Translations under genes and position numbers: made by a program
NCBI GenBank assembly: GCA_963664405.1
Contig: OY761158.1
Coordinates: 4,384,001-4,448,000, forward strand
From: Thermoanaerobaculia bacterium
Lineage (GTDB): Bacteria > Acidobacteriota > Thermoanaerobaculia > Multivoradales > Multivoraceae
Length of the DNA stretch: 64,000 nucleotides
Direction: 5' to 3'
Notes under the pieces: model-generated
The model's input: only the letters and a program-made list of their open reading frames with translations
What the model was told of the DNA's origin: nothing
Database searches by the model: none
Part shown: positions 39,801 to 49,625 of the stretch, one piece after another
Position numbering within the stretch: position 1 is the first letter of the stretch
How the letters are laid out: the number at the start of each line of letters is the position of its first letter

Positions 39801-40880
39801 CTACAAACTGCGGAACTCCATGCGTATCGTCTTTGAGGAGTCGGCTTGCCGATAGGTTCGCTTGAACCTCTCGCCTACCTGCACCTCGACGTTCCAGCCT
39901 TCGACGAGGACACCGAGCTCCGGAGATGGTGCATCCAGTGGAAGGCCGAGAACCGGGTATTCGGTGAACAGAGTGTCGAGGAACGGCACCACGAAGGCGT
40001 CATACCGCTCCGAATCCGAGGCATGGTTCCCCCAGAGCGAACTCAGGAGCACCGTCGGCGCGGGATACCTCGCCTCGCCTGTTTCCCAGATCGCCTCCGC
40101 CGGGAAGATGAAGTGCAGCTCATCACGAGTGCCCGCGCGGATCATTCCGTGCAGGGTCATCTGGACGTTCCGGAGGACGCAGGCCTTGAAGGCACCCCCG
40201 GTGAACACGACGCGATCGGCATCGATCAGAATCTCGTGCTCCTGTCCCTCGCTGATGATCGCGAGATCCGGCTGACGGTCCTCGGTGTACCAATTTGGGT
40301 ATTCTTCGCTCACCCAGTAGACGACTGGCCGCCCACGCCGTTTGAACTCGCGCACCAGGCGGTCGATCCCAGGCTTGGCCGCCGCGGTGTGGTCGAACCC
40401 GTCGCGGTTGGCGTGACCGACGAACAGCACCTCCTCGCCGACGATGGTGTCCACCTCGCTGTGAGGAACGGTGGTGAGGGCCGGCAGCTTGTCCCCGCGA
40501 ACCACAATGTCGTAGCGCCGTTCGCTCGCGGGGCTCCTGATGATGAAGCTGGTATGGCCCGGCGACAAGGCCTCGAAGAGGCCCCTCTGGTCTCTCAACG
40601 CGAGAACATCTGGATTTCCCGTTTCGAGCTCATAGTCTTCGAGGAACTGCAGCTCACCGCGGCGAGCATGCTGCATCGGCATGTAGCGGATCGTCTCGCC
40701 AGGACGCAGGTCGAAGTGGCGGGGGAAGACTTCGATGCCTCCGACCTCCCGCTGCCCGCACCCAGTCGCCGCGAAAGCGCCGAGAGCTGCCAGGACGGTG
40801 AGAATGGCCAGCCGGTTCGACGGACGACTCTGGCGGTCTCCACCGCGTCTCCGCACTATCCACTCAGCAACGCCACGCAC
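39801..40880 (-). CDS. hypothetical lipoprotein
   Basis: Hydrophobic segment followed by ATGC; its 3' part is repeated at 58093-58368. Confidence 0.65.
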   Translation of the reverse strand: MRGVAEWIVRRRGGDRQSRPSNRLAILTVLAALGAFAATGCGQREVGGIEVFPRHFDLRPGETIRYMPMQHARRGELQFLEDYELETGNPDVLALRDQRGLFEALSPGHTSFIIRSPASERRYDIVVRGDKLPALTTVPHSEVDTIVGEEVLFVGHANRDGFDHTAAAKPGIDRLVREFKRRGRPVVYWVSEEYPNWYTEDRQPDLAIISEGQEHEILIDADRVVFTGGAFKACVLRNVQMTLHGMIRAGTRDELHFIFPAEAIWETGEARYPAPTVLLSSLWGNHASDSERYDAFVVPFLDTLFTEYPVLGLPLDAPSPELGVLVEGWNVEVQVGERFKRTYRQADSSKTIRMEFRSL

Positions 40881-41195
40881 TAGGTGGCCAGCGTTTGATG
40901 GGAGTCGACGGCATCAGCCTGGGTGTCACACCTTCGGGTACCTCACCCGATACAACTGACACCCAGCGCCCTCTTCGGTCCATGAGTACGCCTCAACGTC
41001 AATCCATGAGTCGATCGGGAATCTCCTCGAAGCTTGCCCTCCATTGCTTCGGATTCGAGCCTCCATCGTATGCTAAGCGCTGGAGGCCGCGAGCTACCTT
41101 CGGCTCAATACCGGACTCTCCACGAAACTGAGCCCATGTCCGGAGAGTGCAGGCTCCAGGGTCTACCTCAATTCGAAATAGTCCACCTACGACCT

Positions 41196-41265
41196 TGGCG
41201 GTCTCCTCTATGGTGGGAATTCGAACCCACGGACCGCGTTAACGGTCGCCGGTTTTCAAGACCGC
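41196..41265 (-). pseudogene. 3' half of tRNA-Ser(TGA), probable att-site remnant
   Basis: Minus strand reads GCGGTCTTGAAAACCGG, variable arm, GTGGGTTCGAATTCCCACC..CCGCCA; no D-arm or 5' acceptor strand. Confidence 0.75.
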
Positions 41266-41321
41266 AAATGGCCAAGTCCGCGAGCCCTTTAGGTATAACG
41301 GCTTGCGCGGATCTAGCCTGG

Positions 41322-41410
41322 AATCAATGACTTAGATTCATTACGAGGCTTACGAGCCTTACGGGGCTTTCTGCCCTCTCAGGGACAAAAAAGGGACAGT
41401 TTGGGGACAG
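41322..41410. promoter_or_regulatory. IHF-consensus site and arm-type direct repeats
   Basis: AATCAATGACTTA fits WATCAANNNNTTR; GGGACA occurs three times at 11-bp period (41382-41409). Confidence 0.55.
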
Positions 41411-41584
41411 TCAAACGGGCGCAGGCCCCCGAGACTCTGCGGGAGATTGACAGCGAGTCTAGCGCTGCCGTCTGCCCTCAACCCTCAGCTGGCGGCCTGC
41501 TCCTCGACAGCGCAACGGCGCGATACGGGAACAAACCGCGACCGGGCTCGTCTTCGCCTTCGATGCCGACGGTGCCACCGGATC

Positions 41585-42240
41585 TCAAGGACAGGTGGCG
41601 AAAGCCTGCGTGTCCTGGATGGGTTGGAACGGGGTGTGCAGCGGGTTGCCATACTCGCGCACCGCGCCGGTCTCTGTGTCGGTCACCGTCATATCGACCT
41701 CGACGTTGGTCAAGCCGCCGGCGAAGACCCAGAAGCGATTGTTGATGTTGCAGCCGTCGAGAACCTTGAGCACCATTTCGATGTTCTCTGGATTGAAGAA
41801 CCAAAAATAGCCCGTGTCCGGGGTGAGCTCTTCGGCCATGCCGGACCCTTCGCCGCCCTGTATCCGCCAGTCGACCTCGACCTTGAAGCGGCCGTTGTTG
41901 AGACAGAGAATGGTTAGGTCGGGGACACACGGATCTGTGGCCCCTGTGAATGTCGTCGCGGTGGCGTCATTCGAGTACAGGGAGTTGCCAAGAGCGTTTC
42001 GGGCAAGAACCCGGAAGTCGTACGTGGTACCCGGGGGCAGCCCCGAGATGCGTGCGCCGGTCGAATTCTGGGGAACCGAGCCGATGTCATTGAAAAATGA
42101 CCCCTTTCCGAGCTGTTCCTTGAGCTCCACCCTAAACTCGTCCTCGTTATTGGAGTTATCCCTCCAGAACAGATCGATCTCTGATAGCGAGACCCCAGTG
42201 GCCGTCAGGTCGGACGGAGCTGCTGGTGTCTGCGCTACGT
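41585..42240 (-). pseudogene. 5'-truncated fibronectin type III protein with Acidobacteria-type C-terminal domain
   Basis: PAAPSDL.A, W.DNS.NE..F, GL..GTTY.FRV.A.N; then CLNNGRF..GYFWFF..KVLDGC. Confidence 0.8.
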
Positions 42241-42367
42241 CCAAGTAGCGAGCACGGACGCCAAGGGCGCTATACTGAGGAAAGGTGTCAGGCCCTCCGA
42301 GCTCGAGGACTGGAGCCTCCCCGGGTATTGATGTGAAATAGGCCCGTTCCCCGCCGGGTCCGTTCTC

Positions 42368-42428
42368 ATCAGCGGAACGACTGATCACTTTGGCCCGGAA
42401 CCGGCGATCACGATCAGCGGAACACGCA
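42368..42428 (-). mobile_element. orphan IS21-type terminal repeat
   Basis: Minus strand TGCGTGTTCCGCTGATCGTGATCGCCGGTTCC with repeated internal GATCAC/CGGAAC units. Confidence 0.55.
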
Positions 42429-42782
42429 GTCTAAACCGGAAATGATGTAGAGCGTAGTCTACCCTCTTTACCTTCATTGGAGCCCGACGAGGAGCACCCC
42501 CGTCTCCGTGAGTTGAGCAGACGGCGGCCCCTGCTTCCCCCTATCCTTCGTGGATAGGTTGGTGGACAACGAAGGGCGACCCGCTCCCTCTTTAGTTCGC
42601 CTCAGAACACGCAAATCGCGCTGCGGAGGGGTCGCCCTGGTTGAGTAAGGTGCTACTGGTCGGCGTTTGATGCAGCCGCCCTAGCGCCAATTGGCGCTAC
42701 CCCTTCGCCCGCTCCGGCATCTGCACCGAAGCCCGCACCTCTTTTAGCATCCGCTCCGTCATAGCCAGGTCCCCGCGGTTTC

Positions 42783-44166
42783 GAGCTATGGTCGAAAGTT
42801 GTGTATGCGGAGGTTGAAGGCGGCGTATCCTGAGGTTGTTCAACGACCTTGGGACGACCTTCCGGAGAAGGAGGATACGCCGTGGTTCAGGGTAACGCAG
42901 AGCGCTTCAGAGAGCCAGGTACAGCGAGTGTGGATGACGCCTTGACCGAGGTGCTGCGACAAGGAGCCCAGGAGCTGCTCCGGGTGGCGGTCGAGGCGGA
43001 AGTGGGCGAGCTGCTCGAGCACTACGCAGAGGAGCGCGACTCAGCCGGTAGACAGAGGCTGGTGCGCAACGGGCATCTGCCGGAGCGGTCGATTCAGACT
43101 GGAATCGGCGACGTCCCGGTGCGAGTCCCGCGAGTGCGGGACCGGGGTGAGACAGAGGAGCCGATCCGCTTCGAGTCGAAACTGGTGCCGCGCTACCTTC
43201 GCAAGTCCAAGAGCATCGAGGAGCTGCTTCCGCTGCTGTACTTGCGCGGCATCTCGACGGGCGACTTCGGTGAGGCACTCAGCGCTCTGCTTGGGCCCAA
43301 CGCGAAGGGTCTGTCGGCCTCCACGATCAGCCGGCTGAAGAAGGACTGGCTCCAGGAATTCGAGAGCTGGTCCAAGCGCGACCTGGGTCGCCAGCAGATT
43401 GTCTACCTGTGGGCCGACGGGATCTACTGCAACGTCCGCTTCGACGACGCCCGGCTATGCCTCCTGGTGCTGATCGGCGCTGACGAAACGGGCAAGAAGC
43501 GACTCTTGGCGGTTCAGGAGGGCTATCGCGAGAGCGAGCAGTCTTGGCGGGAGATCTTGATGGATCTCAAGCACCGCGGCGTAGCCGTCTCGCCCAAGTT
43601 GGCGGTCGCGGATGGTGCCCTGGGCTTCTGGAAGGCGATCACGAAGGTATTCGGCGACACCCGCACCCAGCGTTGCTGGATGCACAAGACCGGGAATGTC
43701 CTGAACTCCCTGCCGAAGTCGACGCAGCCCAAGGCGAAGAAGGCCTTGCACGAGATCTGGCAGGCGGAGACGAGGGCGAAAGCCTATGAGGCGTTCGATG
43801 CCTTCGTAGAGACCTACGAAGCGAAGTACCCGCGAGCCGCCGAGTGCCTGACTAAAGACCGGGACGAGCTCCTCGCCTTCTACGACTTTCCCAGCCAGCA
43901 GTGGCCTCATCTCCGAACGACCAATCCCATCGAATCGACGTTCGCCACCGTCCGTCTTCGCACTGCCAAGACCAGGGGATGTCTGTCGCGAGAGACCATG
44001 CTCACCATGGTCTTCAAGCTCACTCAGAGTGCCGAGAAACGATGGCGACGACTCAGAGGGTTCCACCATCTCGCTGAAGTTGTCGGGGGAGTCCAGTTCG
44101 TCGACGGAGAACATCCATCAACCATCGCCGCCTGATGCCCCCGTACCCAACATTTGACAATAACTC
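42783..44166 (+). mobile_element. IS256-family element with 9-bp target duplication CGCGGTTTC
   Basis: Ends GAGCTATGGTCGAAAGTTGTGTA and (reverse complement) GAGTTATTGTCAAATGTTGGGTA; duplication at 42774-42782 and 44167-44175. Confidence 0.93.
42882..44135 (+). CDS. IS256 transposase
   Basis: RNG...R...TG.G, WADG, ADGALG, QRCW.H, RTTN.IE; AGGAGG ribosome-binding site. Confidence 0.95.
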   Translation: MVQGNAERFREPGTASVDDALTEVLRQGAQELLRVAVEAEVGELLEHYAEERDSAGRQRLVRNGHLPERSIQTGIGDVPVRVPRVRDRGETEEPIRFESKLVPRYLRKSKSIEELLPLLYLRGISTGDFGEALSALLGPNAKGLSASTISRLKKDWLQEFESWSKRDLGRQQIVYLWADGIYCNVRFDDARLCLLVLIGADETGKKRLLAVQEGYRESEQSWREILMDLKHRGVAVSPKLAVADGALGFWKAITKVFGDTRTQRCWMHKTGNVLNSLPKSTQPKAKKALHEIWQAETRAKAYEAFDAFVETYEAKYPRAAECLTKDRDELLAFYDFPSQQWPHLRTTNPIESTFATVRLRTAKTRGCLSRETMLTMVFKLTQSAEKRWRRLRGFHHLAEVVGGVQFVDGEHPSTIAA

Positions 44167-44855
44167 CGCGGTTTCCTGCACTGCGTAGATACTGGTAAGC
44201 CAGCCCCGCCTGGTGAGCTAAGGCGGCCGAGAGGGAGTTGTCCGCCCGGGCCCACAGCGCGATAGCCCGAATGAGATGAAGGGCAGCAAGGCGGGCGATG
44301 TCAGGCGCACGCTTCTCGCAAGGCCGCCCGCCGCCCTGCACGTGGTACTTCCCCTTGTGCCCACCATGCTCGGGCTCTAAGAAGCTGGAGAGCCGCTCGA
44401 TACATGTCTGGTAGCTGCCTTTCTCGCCCTTCTCGATGGCGACTATCAGGCGAGCTTCGGTGTCCCGGCGGGCCTCCGCGATGTTGCGGTCCTCATTGAG
44501 AATCTCGGCTACAGGATCGCTGCGAGTGAAACCTTCCAGCCGGAGCCGAGCATGCTGTACTGGCCCCCACGGGCTCTTCGCCACTTCTTCTTTGCGCGCG
44601 GAGCTCTCGAGTACCTTGCCGATAGGACAACTCTTGCAGACATCCTTCCAGCCATCACTCTGATCTCGTCGCGGAAGGCACCATGGCTCCTTGACTCGCT
44701 CAGCCCATTCCTCGGGGTCTTCCTTCCTCGAGATGGCCGCAAGGCCAAGGCAGACCAGGGCACCGTGGGGCTTCCACTCAACGGCATCGAGCCATCTCTT
44801 CATCCCCTCTACGTCGTTGGCGAGGTACGCCTCCCCGAAGGCATCTCCCCTAGGG

Positions 44856-45194
44856 TTATTGCTCTTCCGCATCGGCGGCCTCCCGTTCCCCTCGCTCCGG
44901 CCAAGCAGCAGGGAGGCCCTGCATCGCCTGAGCGAAGGCGTAGCGCTCCTGAGCCTGGTTCTTACCAGAAGAGCTCTCCAACTCCATCCTCGCCGCCTCC
45001 TTGAAGGCAGCGGCTATGTCGGGTAGCGCTTCTGCGCTCAGTTCGACATCGCCAGCGACCTTGGCCGCTAGGCGGTCGATCTGGTCCTGCAGGTCGCGGA
45101 CACTCTTGGCGACCTCGAGCAGCTCGCGGAGAGTCTGCTGTGGACTCGCGCCGGGGTCGCGGCCGGCTTCTGTAGACTCTTGGTAGCTGGACAT
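44856..45194 (-). CDS. hypothetical protein (mobile-element module)
   Basis: GAGGAGG ribosome-binding site; overlaps the next gene. Confidence 0.55.
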   Translation of the reverse strand: MSSYQESTEAGRDPGASPQQTLRELLEVAKSVRDLQDQIDRLAAKVAGDVELSAEALPDIAAAFKEAARMELESSSGKNQAQERYAFAQAMQGLPAAWPERGEREAADAEEQ

Positions 45195-45260
45195 AGGGGA
45201 TCCTCCTCTGTCTGGTCAGGGCCTCGTTGGGAGCACGAACTCCCGCGGGGCCCGTTTGGT

Positions 45261-45464
45261 TTACTCGTCCTTCTTCGTCAACTCCAATCCCAAGTACTCG
45301 GCAAGGCGGTCGAGGGTGGTCGTGTTCAGTCCGCGCTCTCCCCGCACGAAGCGGGATAGCTGCGATTGGCCTACCTTCGTCTGTCTCGCGATCTCGCGGA
45401 GCGAGGCTCCGCTCTCGGCGATGGCCCTTCGGACCTCCTCACTGACGATAAGGATCGGTGTCAC
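45261..45464 (-). CDS. small XRE/Cro-type HTH regulator
   Basis: SLREIARQT.V.QSQLSRFVRGER....TLDRLAEYLG. Confidence 0.85.
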   Translation of the reverse strand: MTPILIVSEEVRRAIAESGASLREIARQTKVGQSQLSRFVRGERGLNTTTLDRLAEYLGLELTKKDE

Positions 45465-45682
45465 GACGTTGGGGCGAGTCTACGTGGCCTTCATCTATGA
45501 TGTCAAACAGCATCATTAAGCGTGACAGCGTTGCGGCCATCTAAAGTGAATGTGTCCATATGGACACAGGGGGTCTGGGATTGAAACTCTCTGACCCCCT
45601 CCTGTACACCCTCCCGTACCCTCGGCCACAATGGACTGTTTCGCCGAACTGGCTCGGCGACCGTTCATATGAGGAGAAGAGG

Positions 45683-45910
45683 ATGGGATTTCTAGACCAG
45701 CTGATCTCGATTGACGAGCTGGCAACCAAGCTAGGCGTCAATCCCAAGACCGTGCGCCGCTGGATGGACCGCGCCGAGCTGCTGGGGCTCGATGACGCCT
45801 TCTATCAGGTCGAGCCGTGGGGGCGCATCACGGTGCACGAGCCTACTTTTGAGAAGTGGTACAAGGGGCGGCTAAAGACGCGGCTAGGAGAGCGGGGGAG
45901 GGCGGCGTGA
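45683..45910 (+). CDS. excisionase-like HTH protein
   Basis: LISIDELA.KLGV.PKTVRRW; GAGGAG ribosome-binding site. Confidence 0.7.
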   Translation: MGFLDQLISIDELATKLGVNPKTVRRWMDRAELLGLDDAFYQVEPWGRITVHEPTFEKWYKGRLKTRLGERGRAA

Positions 45911-45983
45911 GCCGCAAAGCGGGTGAGGCCGGCGTGGGCCCTACAAGCAGGACCCATTGGAGAGACCGAGGAAGTAGGTTGCC

Positions 45984-46319
45984 ATGTCTCTGAGCGTCAC
46001 CATCGACACACGAGAAGTCGAGGAGAGAATCGTCGAGCGTCTCCGCCAGGAGCTCCCGTCGATCATCAACGAGGCGACCAACCCGAAGAAGGACCCGGAT
46101 GAGTGGCTCGAGTACTCACAGGTAATGCAGGAGATTCGCCTGGGGCGCACGAGCTCGGATGCACTACTGGAGCTCGGCCTGCTGCCCCGATGCGACCTGC
46201 GAATGGGCTCCAAGAGGATCTGGCTGCGACGGACGGTTGAGGCGTTCAAGCGACAAGTTGAAAAGGATGGCTATCTCGAGCTGATTAGACCGGACACGAA
46301 GAAGCCGCGAGCTACCTAG
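45984..46319 (+). CDS. AlpA/excisionase-like DNA-binding protein
   Basis: EWL....V....LGRTS....G.LP....G...W....V pattern. Confidence 0.55.
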   Translation: MSLSVTIDTREVEERIVERLRQELPSIINEATNPKKDPDEWLEYSQVMQEIRLGRTSSDALLELGLLPRCDLRMGSKRIWLRRTVEAFKRQVEKDGYLELIRPDTKKPRAT

Positions 46320-46708
46320 GGGACACCCCAGCACGCCAGGCCATGAGCCCTACTTACGCTCTAGTTACGCCTACAAGGGCCGATCGCTTCTTGGGGGTGT
46401 AGTACCCTTAGCGAGGCCCTGTTCGGGCGTTGTGGGGCCGCTCAGGCGGCCTACACCGTGCTGTTGGCGAACACCTCGCCGCCGCTTCGTCTCGATGACA
46501 TACGGACCGGGTCGATCAGCTTGAGGTTGATTCGACCTAGAGCGGCCGGCTTGACCCGCCTTACCGCCGTGAACGCGTCCAAGCCGCAAAGAGTTCTGTC
46601 CATCGGTGGACGTAACTACATTTCGTGGCGCACTTTTCCCCTCGTCTCCGCATGTATGGACAGGGGAGCGCTGGATTGGGCCAGCCCTTCCTGTGTGGGA
46701 GGTTGAAT

Positions 46709-48400
46709 ATGCCCGAGAGAACACCTGGACTCACTGTTCTCGTGAGTCTGTCAGCCCTAGTGGTCTTCAGCGCGGTACAGGCACAAGACGTGCTTCAGGT
46801 GGTTGATGTGACTGGCCAGACGGTCGGCACGCTGCTCGACAGCCAATTCGTGGTCGTCGACGTTGGTGATGGGCTACTTACGACCGTCACGGTGGCCAAC
46901 TGTGGCCGATCGGGATTTCGGATGTGGTCCGGAAACGGCCCGCGCGTGAGATTCGCCTCGAGTGACTGTTCGGGTCAAGGATACTTTCGTTCAGAAGGAG
47001 GCTTTCTTACCAGCGTCGGCTTTCTAGTATCGCTGGGTTGCTTTACGACCGATCTGGCGTTGTGTAGCTGCGCCGGCCAGACCGCTGACCACAACACCAT
47101 CTATGTGCCTGACCTGGACGGCCCGACCATGTCGTTTACTGCGCACTCGGCTCTGCTACAGAACAGCTCCGAGTGCTTTCCCGAGACACAGAACATCGTG
47201 GACGGCATTCCTGTGAGGGAGGGCTTCGACCCAAGTGTCTTCACAGGCCCCTTTTCGGTCGGTCGCCAAGGCGGGGGCATGATGATGTTAGATGCTTCAA
47301 CATTCACCTCCCCAAGCAACGAGGCATTCGGCGGGGTCCAAGTCGGCAATCGGGGGACCGGAGTACTGGAGATCACAAATGGTGGCACCGTTGACATCAT
47401 TCGCGATTCCGGCCTTGTCGACCCGGGTCCCTCCGGCGTTGTCACTGGGTTCTTTGATACCGGAATCGGTACGGTAAATCTCCGCAACGGATCTTCAATC
47501 TCCGTAACCGGTGGCACAGAGTGGGTGGCGATCGGAAAGTCGGGTCAAGGGACTCTGAATGTGTTGGGCGGGAGCAGCCTAACGCTCGAAAACCTCGATT
47601 CCCTTGGATATGGCACCATCGGTTCGGATCCCGGAGCCGGGGTTCCACCCGCAGTCGGAAGTCTTCTAGTGAGCGGTGTCGGTTCCATGGTAGACACCGG
47701 CGAGATCCTGGCTTGCGCGAAACGCATCTCCGACTCCCTCACTCTCGTCGATTTCGAGCGCATCCCCGCCAATCTGATCGAAGGCGGCACCGGTTCGATG
47801 ATAGTCCGCGACGGTGGGGTAATAAGGGCCGCCGAAATCGTCATCGGACCCGACTGCGTCGCCTCGGGGGATGGCACGCTCGATGGCAATGTGACGCTGG
47901 AAGGCACCCTGCTACCCGGCAATTCACCCGGCACGATCACGATCATCAACGGCAACCTGACTCTGGCAGAAGGCGGCACCATAAAAATGGAGATTGACGG
48001 AACCGGTGCCGGGCAGTTCGACGCGGTGAAGGTCGACGGCGACGTAATCTTGAACGGAGGCACCATCGAGATCGAAATGGACGAGTCGCTCGAACCCGAA
48101 GCGATTTCCAGTGTGATGTTGGTGGAGGCGGTGGGGGGAGATATTAGCGGTACCGTCGAGCTTGTTGTCAACGACAGCGAACCCGAGACGTTGACGGTGG
48201 AAGACTCGGCGACGCTCGTCCCGCTCGTCCCGTGTGAAGGCCCGCCTGGGACTACCGAGCCGTGGAAGAACCACGGCAAGTACGTCTCAGCCGTGGCCCA
48301 CGCTGCCAGCGATCTTTTCGACCGTGGGTTGATCAGTGCGGCGACGAAAGGCGCCATCGTCTCCGAGGCAACTGGCTCGAGTTGCGGCAGCGAGAACTAG
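46709..48400 (+). CDS. secreted protein with autotransporter-like beta-strand repeats
   Basis: Signal peptide; VG..G.G.L.I..GG repeats; PGNSPG; C-terminal WKNHGKYVS..A.SSCG. Confidence 0.75.
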   Translation: MPERTPGLTVLVSLSALVVFSAVQAQDVLQVVDVTGQTVGTLLDSQFVVVDVGDGLLTTVTVANCGRSGFRMWSGNGPRVRFASSDCSGQGYFRSEGGFLTSVGFLVSLGCFTTDLALCSCAGQTADHNTIYVPDLDGPTMSFTAHSALLQNSSECFPETQNIVDGIPVREGFDPSVFTGPFSVGRQGGGMMMLDASTFTSPSNEAFGGVQVGNRGTGVLEITNGGTVDIIRDSGLVDPGPSGVVTGFFDTGIGTVNLRNGSSISVTGGTEWVAIGKSGQGTLNVLGGSSLTLENLDSLGYGTIGSDPGAGVPPAVGSLLVSGVGSMVDTGEILACAKRISDSLTLVDFERIPANLIEGGTGSMIVRDGGVIRAAEIVIGPDCVASGDGTLDGNVTLEGTLLPGNSPGTITIINGNLTLAEGGTIKMEIDGTGAGQFDAVKVDGDVILNGGTIEIEMDESLEPEAISSVMLVEAVGGDISGTVELVVNDSEPETLTVEDSATLVPLVPCEGPPGTTEPWKNHGKYVSAVAHAASDLFDRGLISAATKGAIVSEATGSSCGSEN

Positions 48401-48680
48401 AAGCAACCGCTTCGGCTCAGTGGGAATTGGCTTGTCGTCTTATCTGGCGCACTGCGACACGAATAGCTCGAGCCGAATAAGCCTCCGGTAGCGCGAGGCG
48501 CCCCTATCGAGACGAAAGAAGGCCTACTCAAGGGCAGGCTGTTCGCGGTCCGTTGACAGATCGGCCCGACCCCCCTCATCAAACGCCAGCTGCCAGCAGC
48601 CTTGTCTAGCAGGGGCGGCTCCTCCACGGCGCGATTGCGTAGCTACAGAAGTGGCAAATGAAAGAGGGAGCGGGTCGCCC

Positions 48681-48727
48681 TGCCCCCTTTCACTACAAGA
48701 GGTGCCACCCGCTGCAGAAAGGATGCA
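48681..48727 (+). repeat. 27-bp site with an overlapping degenerate copy
   Basis: TGCCCCCTTT-CACTACA-AGAGGTGCCA, then CC-CGCTGCA-GAAAGGATGCA. Confidence 0.65.
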
Positions 48728-48766
48728 CCGCCCCCTTACGGGAACTAGTATCTTTGAGGACAGAGA

Positions 48767-49495
48767 ATGTCTATCGCGAGAGAAAACATCAAGGCGCTGT
48801 GCTTCGACTTCGGCAACACGCTGGTGGAATTTGGACCGCGCCAGGTAGCCGCACAGTACGAAACATTTGAGCGAACGTTGACCGGCCTGTTCGGTCCCTG
48901 CGACGCAGCGCGCTTCAAGGCCGTGCGAGATCGCCAGCGCGCTGCCCCGCTCAGCAACGGCTACAAGGAGAGCGAATTGACGTCGCTCTCGCAGGAGTTG
49001 ATTCGGGAGCTCTACGATGTAGAGCCGGACGAACACCACATCGAAGTCCTAAATCAGACGCGTTGCGATTCGCTTGCTGACGCCATTGAGCTTAACGATG
49101 AGGTGTTGCCGCTCTTGCGCGAGCTCCGGCGGCGATACCGCCTGGGATTGTTGTCGAACTACCCCTGCAGTCGCTCTGTTCGCAACGTCCTCGCCAAGGT
49201 GGGCCTGTTGGACATCTTCGAGGTGGTTGTGATCTCGGGCGATGTCGGGTACGTGAAGCCTCACACCAGGCCGTTCGAGGCCATGTTGTCGCAGATGGGC
49301 CTTGCCCCCTCGGAGTGTCTATACGTCGGCGACAACTGGCTGGCGGATATTCAAGGGGCAAAGCAGATCGGGATGCGGGCGGTTCTAACGACTCAGTACA
49401 CACCCCACACAATCTTCAAGCCCGTGGTGGGCGATCACTTACCCGACGCACGCATCGCACACCTAGACGAACTTCGGACGCTGCTTCTGAGCTGA
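48767..49495 (+). CDS. HAD-family hydrolase, copy 2
   Basis: Near-identical to 26583..27311. Confidence 0.9.
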   Translation: MSIARENIKALCFDFGNTLVEFGPRQVAAQYETFERTLTGLFGPCDAARFKAVRDRQRAAPLSNGYKESELTSLSQELIRELYDVEPDEHHIEVLNQTRCDSLADAIELNDEVLPLLRELRRRYRLGLLSNYPCSRSVRNVLAKVGLLDIFEVVVISGDVGYVKPHTRPFEAMLSQMGLAPSECLYVGDNWLADIQGAKQIGMRAVLTTQYTPHTIFKPVVGDHLPDARIAHLDELRTLLLS

Positions 49496-49505
49496 GCTGT
49501 CACCT

Positions 49506-49625
49506 TCCGCGCTTTACACCTGCCAGCGGCATTCGCCACAATCAACTGGGCGAATCGAGCAATCGCGCAGACTCGCTGACTGCGGGTTCCCCTAACGATC
49601 GACGGTGGCGTACAGAGGGGGCGGC
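49506..49625 (+). repeat. 120-bp repeat, copy 2
   Basis: Matches 23314-23433 with one mismatch. Confidence 0.9.

Larger units (their letters stand above)
42697..44872 (-). pseudogene. hypothetical gene interrupted by IS256
   Basis: Removing the IS restores ..YLRSAGNR|GDLAMTERMLKEVRASVQMPERAKG*. Confidence 0.7.

Noticed and set aside
44160-46319. Complete prophage
   Set aside because: No terminase, capsid, tail, primase or integrase genes.
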